From Mytilus edulis (taxonomy: Eukaryota): 64,000 bases of DNA. The DNA lies in contig NC_092344.1 of the NCBI RefSeq assembly GCF_963676685.1, forward strand, positions 49,724,001 to 49,788,000, given 5' to 3'. A program made the translations under genes and the position numbers. The notes beneath the pieces were generated by a model, which saw nothing but the letters and a program-made list of their open reading frames with translations, was not told where the DNA came from and ran no database searches. Of this stretch, positions 38,082 through 50,228 are shown piece by piece; within the stretch, counting starts at the first letter, position 1, and each line of letters starts with the position of its first letter.

Positions 38082-38766
38082 CTCTAACAATTCTGAAATT
38101 GATAAATTATGATTTTCAAAGTCATGGAAAATTATAATCAACACGTGGCTCATACAAAACAGTGAATTTACTACTGAAGACATTAAAGACAGTAACATGT
38201 TAGTGACAAACCTCGGTTAATTTACGAAATTAACAAACGAGGAAAATTCATTTAAGCAAAATATATAAATGTCTACCTATGTTTTAGAAACGGATAATTC
38301 TTTTACATTGTTTAATAAATAAAAAAAATATATGTATTGAATTTTTTTTTAAACACCATCTTCTATATTCCAAAGAATTATTTCAATTGGATTTACATTT
38401 CCTATAGATCTTGTGTTATTATATGTAAAAAAAAATTCACTAAAATAAACAAAAAAGTTTGTCTTTTATCTTTCAGTGATTTAAAACAATTAATAAATGT
38501 TGAACAATGTAAACTTTCTATATTCTCTTCGTTTTCCAATGTTTCATTCTTACAAGGGAACACCTACTGATTTTTTTTGCTGTAATCTTTAGCTACTTTC
38601 GAAAATTCAAAAAGTAAAGAATCATTAGTTCCCAATAAACTTTATTAATATTTTTTCTAATTATTTAATTATTTAATAACTTATTTTCAGTTGATCTCTC
38701 TCACTTTTGCATTATTGTTGTTTACATTTATTAATAGTTAATATATATTATTACATAATTTCTTAC

Positions 38767-38898
38767 CTGTGTTTGAAGTAATTGCAATAATGTCTAGTGA
38801 ATAATGTTTTACTGCTTCAGAATCGTTCTTTTATACCCTTTTTCATTTTTTTTTCTAAAAGTTGACATACACACAAGGAAATGTTTAACTGAACCGCA
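38767..38898 (-). promoter_or_regulatory. Non-coding exon 1 and TATA promoter of copy C
   Basis: Donor acag|gtaaga (exon ends 38767). TATAAAA at 38835-38829. AGGAAATGT at 38876-38884 and AACCGCA at 38892-38898. Same order as in copies D and E. Confidence 0.75.
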
Positions 38899-40392
38899 CA
38901 TGATGCATTCGTTAATTATAGATGAAACTTAAAATGTCACCATGTCATTTTTATATGGAACTGTGAAATATGTATATCTAACAAATGCACTAAGGGTTCA
39001 TAACACATTGTGTTTCCTTCTATAGCTACAACAGACATATTTGTTATGACATCATAATAAATGTTTGTATTATAAATCATTGTTTGACCGATTATTAATG
39101 TTTTCATATAAACACATTATATATTTGGTAGTAGCCAGAGACTTGTACTTTTTGAAAACAAATAAACTAACGCCCTTTATTTCCTTATAGACAAAATACA
39201 TTCTTTTCTTAGAATTGTTAAGAAACCGCTGCTTTGTAATTTATTTACCTCACAATATAAAACTCATCTAAGTTTGAAGGATTTCAATAAAATTTGTAAG
39301 ACACGCATCTTGGCTGTTTCAGATTCACTAGACGTATTCGAATCAATCAAAACAGTAAAAAGGGAAGATCATGATCAATTTTGAAATTATGAAACTAAAG
39401 AGGATGAAAAACCAAAAACTCGAACGTAGTTGCGTCAAATCTATTTAATGCCATCTTGATAGCTTTATTATTTTAATCAGTTTTACCTTTTTTTAGTGAA
39501 ATGTATATTTTTCAGACCAGAATCTTTCATCTAAACAAAAACATTTGCCTTCTGATAATAGGTTACTTTCGAAGATAAACCGTTTACAAGCAAAAAAAAG
39601 CTAACGGTTTACCTTCGAAAGATACCAAAAAGGACATAAGTCGAAAATATAACGACAATCCCCTGATAAATATAAATATCAACACTTATTAGAAGACGGA
39701 CAGAACAGTTTACAAAACACAGATCACCAAAGACTAGGCAACAATAATCAAACAAAAAACTGGTAATCTTGTCACTGATTCTCCCGCGCTTCAGCTATTG
39801 TGAACAATAAGATGTTAGATCTTTTCTTACTTAAAATAAAACCTGTTTTACCCTGACATTCATTTAGAGCTTTATATAATGTGCGTGTACCTGTCAATTA
39901 TCGACGACTTTATGTTACTTTATATATGTCTTTAGGTTTTTTGTGTCGTTTGGTTGTTATTCATTCACATGCAACCCGCGTCTCCTTTTATTTAAAAATT
40001 TCTCAATGCGTGTTTTTTTTTCTTTCTCAACGTTATAATTCAAATGATGCTGTTGCTGTTTCCAGTTTTACCAAGCTAATACTTTTAATTCGATACGCAA
40101 GACGTGCGTTTTATCTGCAAGCTTTGTACTAAAATTAAAGACAAGATTAGATACAAAGTGTACAAACTTAAGTATAAGATAATTACACTTCAAAATCAAT
40201 TAATTACAGTGAAACCTATTTTAACCGAACTTATTAGGGACTTCAGATTTTGTTCGGTTATGGCCGAAGTTCGGTTTCATCAAGTTCACAATGCAAATAA
40301 TTTGATATCACAGTGCTATACTTTTTGGACCTTTTGGATTATAGCTCTTCATCTTTTATATAAGCTTTGGATTTCAAATATTTTGGCCACGA

Positions 40393-40436
40393 GCATCACT
40401 GAAGAGACATGTATTGTCGAAATGCGCATCTGGTGC
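40393..40436 (+). ncRNA. Minimal type I hammerhead ribozyme
   Basis: gcatca-CTGAAGA-gaca-tgtat-tgtc-GAAA-t-gcgc-a-TC^tggtgc. Predicted cleavage after 40430. Confidence 0.9.
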
Positions 40437-40742
40437 AAGAAAATTGGTACCGTTAATTTTATTACTACCACTGGGTCGATGCCTCTGCTGGTGGACTATT
40501 AGTCCCCGAGGGTATCACCAGCCCAGTAGCCAGTACTTCGGTACTGGCATGAAAATACGGATTTTTTGTGTTATTAAAATTTGCTGTTACAAAATATTAG
40601 AAATTATTATAAATTAAGGAATGTATCTCCCTCAGGCAAAGCTCTGATTCCTTTCACGGATTTGGCTATACTTTTTGGACCTTTTGGATTATAGCTCTTC
40701 ATCTTTTATATAAGCTTTGGATTTCAAATATTTTGGCCACGA

Positions 40743-40786
40743 GCATCACTGAAGAGACGTGTATTGTCGAAATGCGCATCTGGTGC
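40743..40786 (+). ncRNA. Minimal type I hammerhead ribozyme
   Basis: Same motif, with stem II gacg/tgtc (G-U wobble). Predicted cleavage after 40780. Confidence 0.9.
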
Positions 40787-41786
40787 AAGAAAATTGGTAC
40801 CGTTAATTTTATTACGAACATGTTTGTTTTATACAGGTTTTCGGTTTATAAAGGATTTGGGTTAGGCAGGTTTCACTGTAGTATGACAATGATTAATTTC
40901 AAATAACAAAAACAATATATCATTGCACTGTTTTGTTTGCGTATTTTTATTTTTGTGTGATTTAGTTTTCATCCTACAACCATACAAAAAGCAAAAAGAT
41001 TGGTATTTTAATCTTTAGATTAAAATGAACTAACAAAAACGTTTAGACCAGTAACACCAGTTTGGCATTAGAAAATATAACTATTCCGAGGATGAAACAA
41101 ACAATTATGTTTGTCACTTACACGCACTACTTTCAATGTTTTGCTTTTTCTAACAAAACTTAAATCAAACAGCAAATTTAACCTTTGTCATTGTTGAATA
41201 CAGATATTAGAAAATTGGTTGGTTTACTAAACAAAAACGATAAATATCATAAATTTCATATGATAAAAAATGGAGATTTTTTTTGTTTATCACTCACATT
41301 TTTAAGTAAGGGTTCGTGTTTTAAATATTCTCTGTTATATTTTTTGTACTCTTGTTTGTTTTGGTATTTCCTTTAAAAATGTCCTGTACCAAGTCAGGAA
41401 TATGGCCATTGTTATATTATGGTTCGTTTTTGTGTGTGTTACAATTTAACGTTGCGTCGTTTGTTTTCTCTTATTTTTGAGTGTAAATTGACATTGCGAT
41501 AAGACGTGTCACGGTACTTGTCTATCCCAAATTCATGTATTTGGTTTTGATGTTATATTTGTTATTCTCGTGGGATTTTGTCGGATGCTTGGTCCGTTTC
41601 TGTGTGTGTTAGTTACATTGTAGTGTTGTGTCGTTGTTCTCCTCTTATATTTATGCGTTTCCATCAGTTTTAGTTTATTACCCCGATTTAGTTTTTTGTC
41701 CATGGATTTATGAGTTTGAACAGCGGTAAACTACTGTTGCCTTTATTTGGTCTTTTTCATTTTTTGTCATGGATTTGTCAGTTTAA

Positions 41787-42175
41787 AGATGTTTGCTGCT
41801 CAGTTTCAAAATAATTAACTTTTTATTAAACTAGTATATATTTATAGGGGATTAATTGAGGAAACAAAAAAGAAAATAAAATATAGGGGTTAATTGGCTT
41901 GTTTTCGAGATTTTATCCATTAGAATTTTGACGGGAAAATGTTCTCTTTTGACTTTTCATAGCTTTATCATTGACCAGTTAAAGTTTTCAAAAACTATTA
42001 AAAAACAAATAAGATTTTATAAGACTTTTAGAAATGGCTTATAATCATATATGTAAAAGATTTTTAAAAAGAAAAATGGGGGTCCATGGGCAAAATTCTT
42101 TAAGGCATTCAAATGGATAAAACCAGAGGATTTCGAAAATCTGACAAAAATCCAAAACATGACAAGCAAACATCC
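41787..42175. mobile_element. Kolobok-like non-autonomous element
   Basis: TIR (a/g)gatgtttgct / agcaaacatcc, flanked by TTAA at 41783-41786 and 42176-42179. Confidence 0.65.
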
Positions 42176-42454
42176 TTAATCGACTAATGCGTTTGAAATA
42201 TTTTACCTATCGTTTATTTCACTTTTTTTAAAAGAAGCTTTTTTATTCGTATATCTTTAATATTACACTGTTATTTTGATTTCCCCCTATCTACATAATT
42301 TCTAAACACCAAATTGATGGGCAGGTGGTGGTGTTTTACTACTCACGAATATGAAGTTGACAATAGTCAAAGTTACATTAATCTATTGTTTTAGAGATCT
42401 TCATTTTCATGGTTAATGCGATAATCCACCCTTTCAGCCTAAGAGTGGATTTGT

Positions 42455-43375
42455 GGCAGATTTTTCTCCGCACCTTTGCTATTCTTTGTCATTTACTCAA
42501 TTAATATGATATTAGTTGATGTAATTTCGTATTAATTATGTATTATTATTTCATATTAAATATGAACTTTTATGTCAAATGTTTTATTTGCAAAATGTAT
42601 TTTTTGCATTTTATGATTTTGAATAAATTACCTTTTTTCGTCAGTTTAATTTTTATATCATATAGCAAACCAATCTCAGACTCTGGCATGTGTATACATA
42701 GTATGTTTCTGGTATCTAGCTGTCTGACTTAAAACCAATTTTATTTGCTAATTGAAAATTAAGCGGAATAAATACTTGTAGACAGCAGAGAAGATAATTC
42801 TGTTTTAATTGGTTATTACCTTAGATGTAGATCTAACATTTAGATAACATGTGTTCACATGCAGCGAAATTTCACTTATGACCAATGCATGATTGGATTT
42901 CATCTTTCTTATTGGTCAATGATCTTGCGGGTCAGCACGAGTTCACGTGTAAGTGCATTATGGTCACTTCATTTCATCATCAGCATTTGATGTGTTAACT
43001 TGTGATTCTTATCAAACAATTTGTTCAAAATTCCCACCCATATACCTTCCTTAATGTTATCTTTTGAAGTAGATATGTATATATGTTTATTTAAAGGGCA
43101 GATTTTTCTCCCCACCTTTGCTATTCTTTTTCATTTATTCAATTGATATGATATTAGTTGATGTAATTTCGTATTAATTATGTATTATTATTTCATACTA
43201 AATATGAACTTTTATGTCAAATATTTTTTTTGCAAAATGTATTTTTTGCATTTTATGATTTTGAATAAATGACATTTTTTCGTCAGTTTAGTTTTTATAT
43301 CGTATAGCAAATCAAGCTCAGACTCTGGCATGTGTATACATAGTATGTTTCTGGTATCTAGCTGTCTGTCTTAAA
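42455..43375. repeat. Local direct duplication of about 280 bp (42455-42733 and 43097-43375)
   Basis: Near-identical from ggcagatttttctcc to gctgtctg.cttaaa. Confidence 0.9.
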
Positions 43376-44773
43376 TTGTTTGTAACCTTAATTAGTATTT
43401 TTTAATCAATGTATGTGATTTGACTATCAGTAAATTATCGTTGACTACATTCTATCAGTATCAACTTCAGAAAAAAATATCAATATGAAACAAACATTCT
43501 CATCTTTAAAAAGAGAGACGAATGATGACATAGAGATATTCAAAACTTATTAGATAATACAATTAATTATCTAATTACTACCACAATTTGATATTAATAG
43601 AAAGTATTGCAATTTTCATTAATAAATGTAATAAAAAGCATTACAAATCTAATCTTGAATCAATCCTAATTCTATCTTATTTTTGGGAAATATTTTTAGA
43701 AATTCAAATGTGACGTCACTTTGTGTGTTTTTTTTAAATTTCAAATGTGACGTCATTTTGTGCGGTGAGGCTTTGTCTAAATCGGCTGTGTAATTTTATG
43801 TGCTGGATTCGGTTGTTTTATGTAATGTGTCCGTTTTTATTCTGTAGCTAGTCACCACTTCGGTTATATCATGTATATCTATTATATAGTCATTTCATAA
43901 AATTTATTGTTTGCAAAAGTATGAATTATTCTAAATAATAAGGATGTTCTTTTTGAAACTTTTGGTCCTCAGTGCTCTTCAACTTTGTACTTGTTTTGGC
44001 TTTCGAACTTTTTTCATCTGATCGTCACTGGTTAGTCTTGTGTGGACGAAACGCATGTCTGGCGTATAAAATTGTAAACTTGGTACCTTTTGTTAGCTAT
44101 TATTCGTGTGTTTCTCTATCCTATATGTTCTCCCATTTATTTGTATTGTAGTCTTGTCATGTAATGTTGTCATTTTAATGTTATATTTAACATTGCCATA
44201 AAAGCGGAGGTTTGGCATGCCACACGACCAGTTTCAATCTTAAAATGTCCTGTACCAAGTCAGAAAAATTGCCATTGTTATATTATAGTTCGTTTCTGTG
44301 TGTGTTACATTTTAATGTTGTGTTTCTGTTGTGTCGTTGTTCTCCTCTTTTATTTGATGCGTTTTCCTCAGTTTTAATTTGTAACCCGGATTTGGTTTTT
44401 TTCTCAATCGTTTAATGAGTTTCGAACAACGGTATACTACTGTTGCCTTTATTAGTCATGTTTGTCGATAGAAAAACAAAACGCAACGAAATCTTTTCAC
44501 ATACCACTACAAATAAAATGTTATTTAAGCAATATGAACACCACACAATTGATTTATCTTTAAAATATCTGAGATGTAAAAACACTTAATGACAAATAAA
44601 AGAACATGTAAATATGTTCAAACGAGAAATCCAAATATTGTCTTTTATGAGAAAGTTTTGAATAAATTCTGCTTCATATTAGCACTATAAAATTTGTTTA
44701 ATCAGTAATTTGCATTCTATTTAACATTCTTCAACTTAGTACTTGTTTGACTTTTTAACTATTTTTATCTTAG

Positions 44774-44815
44774 CGTCACTGATGAGTCTTATGTAGACGA
44801 AACGCACGTCTGACG
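44774..44815 (+). ncRNA. Hammerhead motif with intact core and a perfect stem I
   Basis: cgtca-CTGATGA-gtct-tatgt-agac-GAAA-c-gcac-g-TC^tgacg. Confidence 0.75.
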
Positions 44816-45739
44816 TATTAAATTATTAGCTTGGTACCCTTGATAACTATCTACAGTATCATTAAGTATAAGCTTATTCAAAGTTTTCAATACTAATAAT
44901 TATACGAAGTATTAATGACATGATACTGCTTTCTAACTTCTTTATTGTGAGAGGCAACTATGCGAAATGAATGATTTAACATGAAGCAAAATTCAATAGA
45001 GATCGCTTTAAAAGAACAAAATTTCTTGTAAGCTGAGGCAAAGAAAGAGTTTTCACAGTTTGTGCATTGTTTTTTAATACTTAGTAGAAAAAAATGGTGT
45101 CACGATGCCCTGGAATGATGATTATGACAATATATAGAATATATAAAACTATTAAAATATACCTTATTGATCCCATGCATTCCAATAGTGACTGTCTAAA
45201 AATCTTAACCATTAACGACATAGCTGAAAAATAACTTATATACATGAATTTTCTATAAGTTTTTAGATGCTTTGGACTAGCTGTCACTAACAATGAGGAC
45301 TCTCAAATGTGTACCTAGTTTTTTTTTATTATTATTTGGATGTACAAGTAACCGGCCACGTTCTCTCGTGTTTTCGTAAGATATATTTCTAGTTGTATCT
45401 ATCATGTCTATCTGATGAGTTAAGCCTTTTTCAAAAAATCTGTATAGTTCGTTTATATGTTGAACTGTTACACAACTGTCCCAGGTTAGGCTTTGCTCAT
45501 TGTTGAAGGCCGTACAGTGACCTATAGTTGTTAATTTCTATGTCATTTGTTATCTTGTGAAGAGTTATCTTATTAGCAATCACACCACATCTTCTTTTTA
45601 TATATAACAATAAACAAAAATAATATGGGTGTTGCTCATTGTTGAAGGCCGTGGTTGTTAATATCTGGGTCATTTGGTCTCTTATGAAGAGTTGTCTCAT
45701 TGACAATCACGCCACATTTTCTTTTCAACATACACCAAT

Positions 45740-46260
45740 AGAAAAAAACACAAAACACAACATAGAAACCAAACACTGAGCAAAATGAACCCCGCCAAAC
45801 ACTTTGGGTGATGTCAAGTTCTCTGAGACGGTAGGCAGATCCTGTTCCACATGTAAATCCGTAGTGTTGTTCATGTAAATACAAACCCGGTGATAAATCT
45901 ACTTAAGTTGGTAACATTCGGGGGAAAGTTGACGGGATAGTTATAACGACAACTGGAATCTATCCGTCGTCATCTGTGAAACAGATATTCGTTAACCTTA
46001 ACTATACCTATTGCATCCTTAAAATTCACAGAGGTTTAAATTCAACTTGGAAATCTTTGTTTAATAGTTTCCTTGTTTGTAAAAGTCCTCTATCATGGAA
46101 ATCACGATAGGAAATACACTCTCTGGAAATATTACATCTTTTCGAGATATGAACTACGTATTCAGGCGCTGCTGTTAAGTTGCTATATAGAAATGTAGTT
46201 TGCTTAAATCATCTCTGGTGTCGTCAATGTTTGTTGTAACCGACCCTCAATGTGAATTTC
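45740..46260 (-). mobile_element. Penelope-like retroelement 3' fragment
   Basis: The reverse complement resembles the RT end and tail seen at 57600-58190. Confidence 0.6.
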
Positions 46261-46829
46261 GAGATGTAGTTCAAACATTGTACGACAAGAAGTATATGCG
46301 TTGGTCTAGAAATTCAAAGCCAAAACAAACAGGACGAGTTTACGACCACAAAATATTCCATACAAAGCTTCGATACAAGAGACCAAAAAACAAGCAAATA
46401 AAAATTTAAAACTATTCATAATTATATTAACAAATCAAAACAGAATGTGATATGGAGTGGAGAGCAATAAAAGCAAAACATGTCATTGAAATGTGAATTG
46501 AAAGCTTAACACCATGTTTAAGCAATGCACTAAAACTGTAGTTGATCTTTAGATGGACATTATTTTCTTCGACGGTCATGTTTGACCTCTTTTGGATATT
46601 TTATGACATCAATTTATTTCAATTTAATTTTTCTTAACATTTGATTTCAAAGACGGTAAATAATATATTTGAATTCCACCACTAAAGCACAAAGAAATAA
46701 TTATAATATATATAAGAAGATGTGGTATGAGTGCCAATGAGACCACTCTCCATCCAAGTCACAACTTTTAAAAGTAAACCATTATAGGTCAAAGTACGGT
46801 CTTCAAATTGAAGCTTTGACTCACACCGA

Positions 46830-48750
46830 TGAGCAAACTATAAATGGCCCTAAAACATTACTAATGTAAAACCATCTAAACGAGAAAACCAATGGTCTAA
46901 ACAATAGTATCACATCAAAACATAAAAAGGGACACTGTATTCATGTATTATCAATTGAAATGGCTTTTTTCAATCAAAAGAATATGTTTAGCATTAGGTC
47001 ATTGACGTTTACCGTTCCCTTAGATATAGTTTACATTTCTAGTAATACAAATCCTGCCGTTTTGATTCATACCATGATTTTGGTAGTACATGTATTTGTA
47101 TTCCAAAGCTTTATTCTCCTTTCAATAAAGGTTGACCTTAAATATTTGAATAACAGTTTGCAAATACGTTATATCTTTTTTTAACAAATGTCAATAATGG
47201 AGTAGGAAATTATCATGTTTCTGAGTACATGGGGTGTCTGAAATATATGTTCTGTTCTGCATGAAACTTATAAAGAATTGGTTTATTTTGGTCTTGTTTG
47301 GTTTTGCCATGGTATTATTAATCATTCGTAATCTTACGAAGTTTGATTGGCAGTCGATAACTTATATTATTTTCTCAAGGATATATATATCATGATAAAA
47401 AATCAAACTGTCGGACATCAGTATTGATATTACGGAATTTGGTTTTGCAAATTTTCATTAGGGTTGCAATCTTTTTTAATTGATTCAAATTTGTGTAAGC
47501 AGACTTAATTCAACTATCATAATATTTAACTGACTATCATCCAATAAACATCAAACGTACTGATATACTAATCAGTTGATATCAAAGGGATATTCAAATC
47601 CATAAGCCGAAGCTAGATAGACTATAAACACAGCTATTAATTGTTTTTAATAATTCTTTATTCCGTAAGCAAATATACAGCTCATAGGATTAAACACAAA
47701 ATATACAGTTTACATATACATATGCAGCATTAATATATAGCGGAGTTTGTAAAACAATTTACATTGGTAATAAAGGTATATAACAAAAAATGAGCAAACT
47801 ATAAACGGCCCTAAAACATTACTAATGTAAAACCATCCAAACGAGAAAACCAATGGTCTAAACAAAAGTATCACATCAAAACATAAAAAGGGACACTGTA
47901 TTCATGTATTATCAATTGAAATGGCTTTTTTCAATCAAAAAAATATGTTTAGCATTAGGTCATTGACGTTTACCGTTCCCTTAGATATAGTTTACATTTC
48001 TAGTAATACAAATCCTGCCGTTTTGATTCATACCATGATTTTGGTAGTACATGTATTTGTATTCCAAACCTTTTTTCCCTTTCAATAAAGGTTGACCTTA
48101 ATTATTTGAATAATAGTTTGCAAATACGTTATATCATTTTTTAACAAATGTCAATAATGGAGTAGGAAATTATCATGTTTCTGAGGACATTGGGTGTCTG
48201 AAATATATGTTCTGTTCTGCATGAAACTTATAAAGAATTGGTTTATTTTGGTCTTGTTTGGTTTTGCCATGGTATTATTAATCATTCGTAATCTTACGAA
48301 GTTTGATTGGCAGTCGATAACTTATATTATTTTCTCAAGGATATATATATCATGATAAAAAATCAAACTGTCGGACATCAGTATTGATATTACGGAATTT
48401 GGTTTTGCAAATTTGCATTAGGGTTGCAATCTTTTTTAATTGATTCAAATTTGTGTAAGCAGACTTAATTCAATTATCATAATATTTAACTGACTATCAT
48501 CCAATAAACATCCAACGTACTGATATACTAATCAGTTGATATCAAAGGGATATTTAATCCATAAGCCGAAGCTAGATAGACATTAAACACAGCCATTAAT
48601 TGTTATTAATAATTTTTTATTCCGTAAGTAAATATACAGCTCCTATGATTAAACTCAAATTATACAGTTTACATATACACATGCAGCATTAATATATAGC
48701 GGAGTTTGGCATACAATTTACATTGGTTATAAAGGTACATAACAAAAAAT
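46830..48750. repeat. Recent head-to-tail tandem duplication, period 961 bp
   Basis: gagcaaactataaa.ggccctaaaacatt at 46831 and 47792, near-identical throughout. Confidence 0.95.
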
Positions 48751-48769
48751 CAAGTGTTACGTATTTTCT

Positions 48770-49560
48770 CTGCCTCATACAGGTTTTTACCCATATTATT
48801 CAATTCTTTAATATTTCTTACAGATAGTAATTAAACTAATTTGAAGGTAGATAGGTTTCTATAATAATATATCTTAATATGTTTACTTCTGACATTTACA
48901 TATTTATTACACTCTAATATAAAATGATATTCGTCTTCGATTACTTTCTTATTACACATATTACAAACACGCTCATTTCTGGAAATATTAAAGTATCTTC
49001 AAGTTTCTACATTAAGTGAATGTGAATTGATTCTATATTTAGTTACATATGACTGGTATAAACTGTTCAATAAGCGATTCAAATAAAATTGCAAAGTATG
49101 TCCATCATGTTTATATTGATTCAAATTACATTTTGAAGTATTTTCAAAAAATGACAAACCGTCAGCTATATAATTATCAAAAAAAAAATTTTTTAACTTC
49201 ATGCAAAAATAGTTGATTATTTCCAACACTTTGTGCTAACCATATATCATTAAATCCATACCTGTTTAGTATGTCTCTTATCGTACAACTCCAGTTGAGT
49301 TTATCATTCGTTTTAACAAAACTAGATTCGTACATATCTTCATAAACACTATTCAATATACAATTATTAGATTCTAATAACTTCAACCAGTAACGTACCA
49401 TTCTTACATATTTATTTACATACAATGGTAAACGCCTAAGTTCAAAATACACCATATGGTCTACATTCGTTTTTCTCACTTTCAAAATTATTTTTAAATA
49501 ATACAAATGAAGCGTTTCTATATCAGCTCCCTTATGGAAACTCCATAAAGAATTCATGAA
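48770..49560 (-). mobile_element. Decayed L2/CR1-group LINE ORF2 3' fragment
   Basis: ETLHLYYLKIILKVRK..MVYFELRRLPL..VRYWLKLL, KYRINSHSLNVET and RVCNMCNKKVIEDEYHFILEC, with frameshifts and stops. Confidence 0.8.
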
Positions 49561-50228
49561 TATTATCTCAAACTTTTTTTTTATTCAACCTTGATTGCAC
49601 TTTTTTCAAGTCTCTTATCTCTTTTAAAAATAAGTAAATTTTTAAAATCAAATAATATTTTTCCAGATATATACCAACACAATACAATGATTGATATGTA
49701 CAGTATACGTAATCATTCATTATTTTGTATCACCATTAGGGCAATATTAAGGTTAACATAAAATCTTATAGTGACATTTGTCACGTGTTTTTGTGGTGTT
49801 GTGTCTCATTAACGTTTATTCGCACCAAATCTTCTTCTAGCTATAGGTGGCATATTTATTAAAGCATGAGCCAAGAGAGACAATTACCATATCTTAACTA
49901 TAATTAATTGGGTTCTGTATTTTTTTCAGTCTGAAATATTCTTCATTTTTAAATGACAAAGTTCAATGTAATAAGATATAACTTGAAATTTACTTTGTTT
50001 ATTTATGTTTGTTGTCCTTTTCGCATATTTATATCTGTTTGATAGATGTAATACATCTTATGATTATGATTGCTTCGATGTATAAACTGTTTAATGTTTT
50101 TGTATGTATGAATGATGCTAAAAATATTTACAACAAGAATAACTGTATTTAACATTTTATTTTATTTATCTATAAAAAAAAATCAGTTTGCGTAAAAAAT
50201 ATGGATTTCTTCAAATTTCTAATTATGT

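Larger units (their letters stand above)
40315..40814 (+). mobile_element. Non-LTR retrozyme: 350-nt unit flanked by two intact hammerheads
   Basis: 150-nt direct repeats at 40315 and 40665 (period 350), each containing a hammerhead. No coding capacity. Confidence 0.92.

Noticed and set aside
40104-40617. ORFs of 132 and 67 aa across the retrozyme (also 21972-22271 and 35039-35227)
   Set aside because: They are chance frames in a structured non-coding repeat, with non-ATG starts or starts that differ between copies.
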